DNA from: a virus
Taxonomy: Duplodnaviria > Caudoviricetes
Length of the DNA: 64,000 nucleotides
Virus record (IMG/VR): IMGVR_UViG_3300013947_000019
Span: 1 to 64,000 of that record
Reading direction: 5' to 3' (one strand)
How positions within the stretch are numbered: the stretch's first letter is position 1; every line of letters begins with the position of its first letter. The notes under the pieces were generated by a model that saw only the letters and a list, made by a program, of their open reading frames with translations, was not told the origin of the DNA and searched no databases. Positions 58,665 to 64,000 of the stretch are shown here, in pieces. Made by a program: the position numbers and the translations under genes.

Positions 58665-60737
58665 TTATTCCGCGGGGTATACATCCTCATGGTCATTATC
58701 ATTCTCAAGATGATTCTCAATACGTTCTGCTTGTGCATCCAGTACTGCAGTCTCCATGAGCTTTTCCATAGTAGATGCAGGAATCGCCTTATAAGATGTA
58801 TGAGGATCATCTGCGAACGAAATATAGAGCGAGAGGCCATTGTTATCAAATGCCTCTCTGAAGTCCCCGGAAATCTCCATGAAAATACCCGGGAACAGCT
58901 GGGTATCACTCTCATCGCAAGTATCGTTTACAACACGATACCAGCAATGAGGTTCGGTCGGTCTAATGATATCATCAGACTCCCCTGTATTATCATTGTT
59001 AGTAATTTCTTTTTCTACATCAGGCTGATCAGGGATGACATAGAAAGCCTCACAAATATTTGTGAGAATCTCGGAAGCTCTGGGATCAGCAGAGTCCTTG
59101 ATTTTAGCGAGCATATCATATGCTCTTTCACCCATATCGAGAACATTGAGTTCTTCAGGGTTTTCATCGAGAACGGTGGGACTATCCTCAGTAACCTGAG
59201 TCTGAATATCACCCACTGAATCATTCAGTACCTTCTCAATAGAGTCAGATACAAATTTAACGAACCCCTGGTACATAGAAGCTTCCAAAGGATCGCTCGA
59301 ATGCTTCAAATGATCACACAATGCAAGGAAGTTTTTAACGTTCTCGTCTCCCTTGTCAATCTCCAGCTTGAATTGAGTGCTGTTGGTATTGGACTGGCCA
59401 CCCTGAGTAGCTTCTAAACTCTGGGTCTCACTTACATTAGACTTATCAGACTCCACGGTCGAATCTGTGCTAGGAGTGCCAGCAGGAACCACACTACAAT
59501 CAGCAAGATCCCCCACAGGATCAGTACCGGCCATTTGTGTGTCATCGTTATCCATCTCGCCAGGTTCAGAATTATCGAATGTAGGAAGCTCAACGTCGAC
59601 AAGGTTGTCATCTCCCTCGACTTCATCCTCAGATGTATTCTGATCCTCGATTAGACCATTAGTTTTCGGTTTCAGAACTGTGAACCCTTCAGCATCACGA
59701 TCGTCATCAGTGACCTGGGAGTTCATGCCTTCTTTCTGATCATTCAGATCAGATTCAATATCATCGTCGTCTTCATCTACATTGACAAAGACAGTACGAG
59801 GTTCACGTTCCTCTTCCTGATACCCGTTGAGACTACGGGCCTTGGACTCATACTGGTTCGTATGACAAATTGCAGCCAACTCAGCATTGGCCATGGCTTC
59901 ACGCTCTTCTGCGTTATAACCATCTCGATACAGTTCCAGCACTTTGGTTACCTCCTTTTTCGGACGCATTTCCAGCGTCATATATTTTGCACCACATTCA
60001 TTACAAATGAAATACTTAAAGTCTTTGGAGTACTTAAGTTTGTTTCCACAATACTTAGGTTCTCCAGTATGCTTATGTTCCCCAACTATTCTTTTACAAC
60101 GAGGAGGGAACTCTTTCATTTGACTCAGTGGATACAAATCAGATCCATCAATTATTTTGATCTCGCCATCACGAGTAACACCATAATTTAGTCTCATATC
60201 AGGAGACAGATCTGCGATAAGGAAGTACTTCGAAAGATCTGACAGGATACTGAGTATCTCTGGCATGAACATGTCCATCTGATACGGAGTCGGAAGTACC
60301 AGACGCTCCTGCACCGAAATCAATGCAGCAGGATCTCTCGAATAAACTCGGTTAAATTTACCGATACATTTAGATAATTGGAAATCGTTAAAATTATCAG
60401 CGATTCCGTTTTCGTCCAATGCAACTTTGAATACGACACCAGGATAATATGGGTGTGCCATCGTAAGAATATTTGTTCCAAGACCAACTGTCTCGAAACC
60501 AAGATCAGACCATTCTTTTTCGATGTATTCAGCTTTCTGCTGATTATCCGAACAACTGGTCATAATCGTCCGAATATCGTCATACATTTCTGGTGTAAAT
60601 AATTCAAGCCAATCTTGACTCAAATCAGGTTCTCCAAATCGTTCATAATTCTTTATCTGATCTGGAGTTAAAATATTACTATATTTATATCTGCCTCCTT
60701 TCTTTTTAAGTTTCTTTTTATTACCCATAAAGAACAC
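58665..60737 (-). CDS. Protein-kinase-like domain, Zn ribbon and long acidic region
   Basis: VGLGTN (Gly loop), VVFKVA, ADLSPDMRLNYG (catalytic loop), IKIID; C...C...CNEC. Confidence 0.6.
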   Translation of the reverse strand: MFFMGNKKKLKKKGGRYKYSNILTPDQIKNYERFGEPDLSQDWLELFTPEMYDDIRTIMTSCSDNQQKAEYIEKEWSDLGFETVGLGTNILTMAHPYYPGVVFKVALDENGIADNFNDFQLSKCIGKFNRVYSRDPAALISVQERLVLPTPYQMDMFMPEILSILSDLSKYFLIADLSPDMRLNYGVTRDGEIKIIDGSDLYPLSQMKEFPPRCKRIVGEHKHTGEPKYCGNKLKYSKDFKYFICNECGAKYMTLEMRPKKEVTKVLELYRDGYNAEEREAMANAELAAICHTNQYESKARSLNGYQEEEREPRTVFVNVDEDDDDIESDLNDQKEGMNSQVTDDDRDAEGFTVLKPKTNGLIEDQNTSEDEVEGDDNLVDVELPTFDNSEPGEMDNDDTQMAGTDPVGDLADCSVVPAGTPSTDSTVESDKSNVSETQSLEATQGGQSNTNSTQFKLEIDKGDENVKNFLALCDHLKHSSDPLEASMYQGFVKFVSDSIEKVLNDSVGDIQTQVTEDSPTVLDENPEELNVLDMGERAYDMLAKIKDSADPRASEILTNICEAFYVIPDQPDVEKEITNNDNTGESDDIIRPTEPHCWYRVVNDTCDESDTQLFPGIFMEISGDFREAFDNNGLSLYISFADDPHTSYKAIPASTMEKLMETAVLDAQAERIENHLENDNDHEDVYPAE

Positions 60738-60759
60738 ACTCCTTATCGATTTCTATACA

Positions 60760-60775
60760 TATAGTATATATCTCA
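60760..60775 (-). promoter_or_regulatory. Early-like promoter motif
   Basis: TGAGATATATACTATA upstream of the kinase-like gene. Confidence 0.7.
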
Positions 60776-60800
60776 AAAAGTTTTATTCAAAACAGGTAAG

Positions 60801-62294
60801 TTAATAATCTGGTAACTGATTATACTCGTCCCAATACTCTTTTGTAAACTTTGGTTTTGATACATGTCTTGGTTCAGTTGGCTCATTCAGGAACAAAGCA
60901 TCTTCCAAAGATCGTTCAGAATACACGGTGGTACCAGTACCAGTCTCACACTTGTAAATAGGTTTCTTCGCACCCGGATTTATAATACTAGCTGTTATAC
61001 CCTCCTCTTCATCAATTACTACAAATCCTTTATCGGTTATATCTCCTCCATGTTTTTCAAACCATTTTTTACGCGCTTCATATGTCTTCTTCTGATGAGC
61101 ATATTGTTTCTTGGCATGTTTCTCACGAATTTTAGCTCGCTCATATTCAGCGTACCATTGTTTGCGAACTCGATCTCGTACAAGTTTGGTATCTCCCATC
61201 CAACCATTTGCCATCTCTTCAGAGATCTGACCATCTTTTACAAGACCATCTAAAAGTTTCACAAAATCTTTCCGCTTCTCATCATATTTCTTTAACTGTT
61301 TTTGAAGCGCAGCTTTCATCTTCTTTTCGCTAACAAAAGATGCACCAGTTAAAGGATCATGAAGCATCATATTCTTACGCCAACCTTTATTCCTCTTATT
61401 GATCTGCTTCAGGAATACGATTCTTCTCATTCCCATAGCAGTCATATTCGGATACTTCTTGGCTTTCTTCTTGAATTTCTTAATTGGATTTTTATCACAC
61501 CAATCAGAAAATTCTTTCCAATATTCATCTGGAATATCGGGACACTTTACCGTATATGGATTGACATCATACTCTCTCCGATGACGTTCTGCCACTTCAA
61601 TACGCTTGAACTTTAAACCACCAACATCCTCCACTGTGGTAGCTTCATCCTCATATTTTGATTTCAAACGTTCATACATCTCTTTCGAAGAGATTGTCTT
61701 ATTAGTATTATGTGTCATATACGTAGACCAATACATGGCTGCTTCATAACACACTTCTACCAACTCATCCAATTTACCTGCATATTCATAATATAACTTA
61801 TCAGCTTCAGATCTCTTCAAGAAAGATTCCAGATACCAATAGGCAATATCATATTTAACTTGCTGTTGCTGTTTATATTCAGCTTTCTTTCTCTTCTTAC
61901 GAAGCTTTCTGATTTTCTTAGATTCTTTGGCCTCCTTGGGAAGATGAATCGTTGTGATCTCAGGAACATATTTCTTTTTCCACTCAGATTCATCTGTGAT
62001 CTTCTTAGACATCTTTTTGATATCTTTATCAGAGTAATCTAAGAATTCATCAGGTGGTTCTGGACCAGGGCCTAACCAACGATCAGTCCAGGGATCTCGA
62101 TTAAACATCTTCACATAGTTTTCTTCTGTTCCTGCCAAGTCTGCTCTTTTACGAGCTGCTTGACGTTTCGCTTCATAAAACTTGTCTTCTGCTTCAGTAG
62201 TTTCTTCCTCTGGAATACCAAACTCTTTTCTGAGTTCCATAATCTTTTCATGTGCACTCTTACGCTTTCTGGGCTCATCACTCATCATCTTCAC
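60801..62294 (-). CDS. Charged, helical hypothetical protein
   Basis: 497-aa K/E-rich ORF; GAGGAGGTG RBS. Confidence 0.75.
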   Translation of the reverse strand: MKMMSDEPRKRKSAHEKIMELRKEFGIPEEETTEAEDKFYEAKRQAARKRADLAGTEENYVKMFNRDPWTDRWLGPGPEPPDEFLDYSDKDIKKMSKKITDESEWKKKYVPEITTIHLPKEAKESKKIRKLRKKRKKAEYKQQQQVKYDIAYWYLESFLKRSEADKLYYEYAGKLDELVEVCYEAAMYWSTYMTHNTNKTISSKEMYERLKSKYEDEATTVEDVGGLKFKRIEVAERHRREYDVNPYTVKCPDIPDEYWKEFSDWCDKNPIKKFKKKAKKYPNMTAMGMRRIVFLKQINKRNKGWRKNMMLHDPLTGASFVSEKKMKAALQKQLKKYDEKRKDFVKLLDGLVKDGQISEEMANGWMGDTKLVRDRVRKQWYAEYERAKIREKHAKKQYAHQKKTYEARKKWFEKHGGDITDKGFVVIDEEEGITASIINPGAKKPIYKCETGTGTTVYSERSLEDALFLNEPTEPRHVSKPKFTKEYWDEYNQLPDY

Positions 62295-62910
62295 CTCCTC
62301 GTCTTGGAATCATTGTAATAAAACCTCTTCTGTTACGTAACCATACATTGCGAACTTCTGTTGCTTTCTCATCAGCCCAAGCATTCATCTTCATAATAAG
62401 TTTAGCCTGTGCATTCGATACATTTACTCCAGCATTGATAATTTTATATTTCATCTTTGTCACATCATTCTTATCTTTAATATTCTTATGAGAATTAATG
62501 TGCACATACTTAATTGTGAGATTTAGATCTCTTTCTAAGTTTTGAATCTTTCGATATATTTCCTGATTCTTAACTCTTCCACCTTGGGATTTCTTCCAAT
62601 TGAATGGATTAGAAGTATTCCAATACTGTTTTGACCATATCGTCAAAGCTTGTACTGTTAATTTTGAATCGGATATCACTAAGACATTCGTTGGTTTTGC
62701 TTTAGTATATTTTCCAAGCATTTGAAGTGCTTTATAGATAGCATATCCTTCACAATAATTAATACCTTTACCATTCAAAGCTTTTCCATGAATGGTATAT
62801 TTCATCGTCTTGCAATTTAAAATAACAAATGCATAGGCTCCAGGAACTTCACCATTTCTTTCGTCCCGGAATACTCCAGCATCTGTTGCAATAATATATT
62901 CTGGAACCAT
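62278..62910 (-). CDS. rnhA: Ribonuclease HI
   Basis: IATDAG, NYCEGYA, ISDS, W...W...VKN, HINSH and NAWADEKA (D-E-D-D catalytic set). Confidence 0.88.
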   Translation of the reverse strand: MVPEYIIATDAGVFRDERNGEVPGAYAFVILNCKTMKYTIHGKALNGKGINYCEGYAIYKALQMLGKYTKAKPTNVLVISDSKLTVQALTIWSKQYWNTSNPFNWKKSQGGRVKNQEIYRKIQNLERDLNLTIKYVHINSHKNIKDKNDVTKMKYKIINAGVNVSNAQAKLIMKMNAWADEKATEVRNVWLRNRRGFITMIPRRGGEDDE

Positions 62911-62937
62911 AATGAAGTTCCTCCTTTCATTCGTATA

Positions 62938-62953
62938 TATAATATATATTTCA
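62938..62953 (-). promoter_or_regulatory. Early-like promoter motif
   Basis: TGAAATATATATTATA, lying after a terminator hairpin (62954-62995). Confidence 0.7.
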
Positions 62954-62994
62954 AAAAAGAATGTGGAGAATCCCTAACGGATCCTCCACACTTT

Positions 62995-63222
62995 TTATTT
63001 CACATTAAATTGCTGGAATAAATTTTCCAACCGATGAGCAAGAATAGTTACATCTGTTCGCATTTTGATACGAAGATTTGTAAGTTGTCCTGACTCTTTT
63101 GCATCTTCCATATAGTCAATATTATCCATTAATATATGCGCATATTTCTTACATTCATAAATTTCATTTCGTAATGAAGTCAATTTTCTATCTGTTACAA
63201 TTTTCATATCATTTACCCTCAT
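62995..63222 (-). CDS. Small hypothetical protein
   Basis: Operonic ORF; true start may be the internal MKIV. Confidence 0.55.
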   Translation of the reverse strand: MRVNDMKIVTDRKLTSLRNEIYECKKYAHILMDNIDYMEDAKESGQLTNLRIKMRTDVTILAHRLENLFQQFNVK

Positions 63223-63982
63223 TAAGAGACATGATCAAGTCATAGAGTTTTGTTTGAGAAATACCATCTCCATGCTTTCCGCCCTCTTCTTGATCAATAT
63301 ATACTAAATGTCGTCTCAGGTTATCTGGGATTTCATTCTGAATAATTGTATATCCCTTTGTCATTTCCTGAAGATTTCTGAATTTAATCTTCAATGTATC
63401 GCTGATATATTCACCATAGATATCAAAGAATGCTTCAGGATCTCCATATAATACATTTAATGGAATAAATAAATCATTCTCTTCAGAGTGAATATAACTG
63501 TGACAGACTTCACATAAAGGATATAATCCTACTAAACCAAGATAGTGATCATACATTACTTCTTTAGCAATGGCTGATTGCTTTAAAGATTCACCACGTT
63601 TTAATCGTTTATTGATCACAATATAAATGATATCCTCAATTGTAAGTGGAGTATGATGAATTTCGATTGTAAACCCATCATACTTCTTAATATTTGGATG
63701 AACTCCACAGTGATACATCATACATTTATCTTTCAAGAAAGCAATCAGTTGTTTGTATTCATAACTATTGCGAATCATAAACTTCGTTCTGACTACAAAC
63801 TTGTGGAGTTCTTTTGGATCATCTTCAAACATACTCAAGTCATCTACATACTCAGAAGGAGATAATGATACTTGAGCAGTTTCATATTCTTTCTTTTCTT
63901 TATATGTCTCTTTTGGTTGTCCTATATCTATCGTATTAGGAGGTAGAGACTTACCTTTCTTATGAACAGATGGCATCCTCAT
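63209..63982 (-). CDS. HNH-fold protein
   Basis: C....IEIHHTP...PLCEVCHSYIH; AAGGAGG RBS. Confidence 0.65.
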   Translation of the reverse strand: MRMPSVHKKGKSLPPNTIDIGQPKETYKEKKEYETAQVSLSPSEYVDDLSMFEDDPKELHKFVVRTKFMIRNSYEYKQLIAFLKDKCMMYHCGVHPNIKKYDGFTIEIHHTPLTIEDIIYIVINKRLKRGESLKQSAIAKEVMYDHYLGLVGLYPLCEVCHSYIHSEENDLFIPLNVLYGDPEAFFDIYGEYISDTLKIKFRNLQEMTKGYTIIQNEIPDNLRRHLVYIDQEEGGKHGDGISQTKLYDLIMSLNEGK

Positions 63983-64000
63983 ATTGAGATCTGCCTCCTT

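Noticed and set aside
1-64000. Stop-codon reassignment, as seen in some gut jumbo phages
   Set aside because: Known genes are full length under the standard code, coding density is high, and TAA, TAG and TGA all end genes.

Overview
A 64-kb segment of an AT-rich jumbo phage genome of the phiKZ/AR9(PBS1)-related type. The host is most likely an anaerobic Firmicute, inferred from strong GGAGG ribosome-binding sites and an NrdD/NrdG ribonucleotide reductase. The window encodes a tubulin/PhuZ-like protein (cut by the window edge and missing from the ORF track) and two split multisubunit RNA polymerase pieces (beta C-terminal and beta' C-terminal). Replication and nucleotide genes include type IIA topoisomerase A and B subunits, DnaB-like and Dda/RecD-like helicases, SbcD, RNase HI, dCMP deaminase and a divergent ThyX-like protein. 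It also carries a kinase-like protein, a lytic transglycosylase, and a + strand virion/tail-fibre/holin block. gyrB and nrdD are each interrupted by a group I intron carrying an HNH endonuclease. The gyrB intron appears to lack the near-universal U.G 5' splice-site pair. Two recurrent phage promoter motifs are visible (early-like GATATATA[T/C]TATA and late-like AACA-N4-TAT). The most unusual signal is non-coding. Two intergenic, promoter-equipped, structured minus-strand RNAs (about 44550-45090 and 54265-54485) display arrays of anti-Shine-Dalgarno/anti-AUG sequences, often in hairpin loops. A third structured RNA of about 360 nt (57083-57440) has two hairpins with perfectly complementary loops. 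All calls come from reading motifs by eye; no database search or folding program was run.
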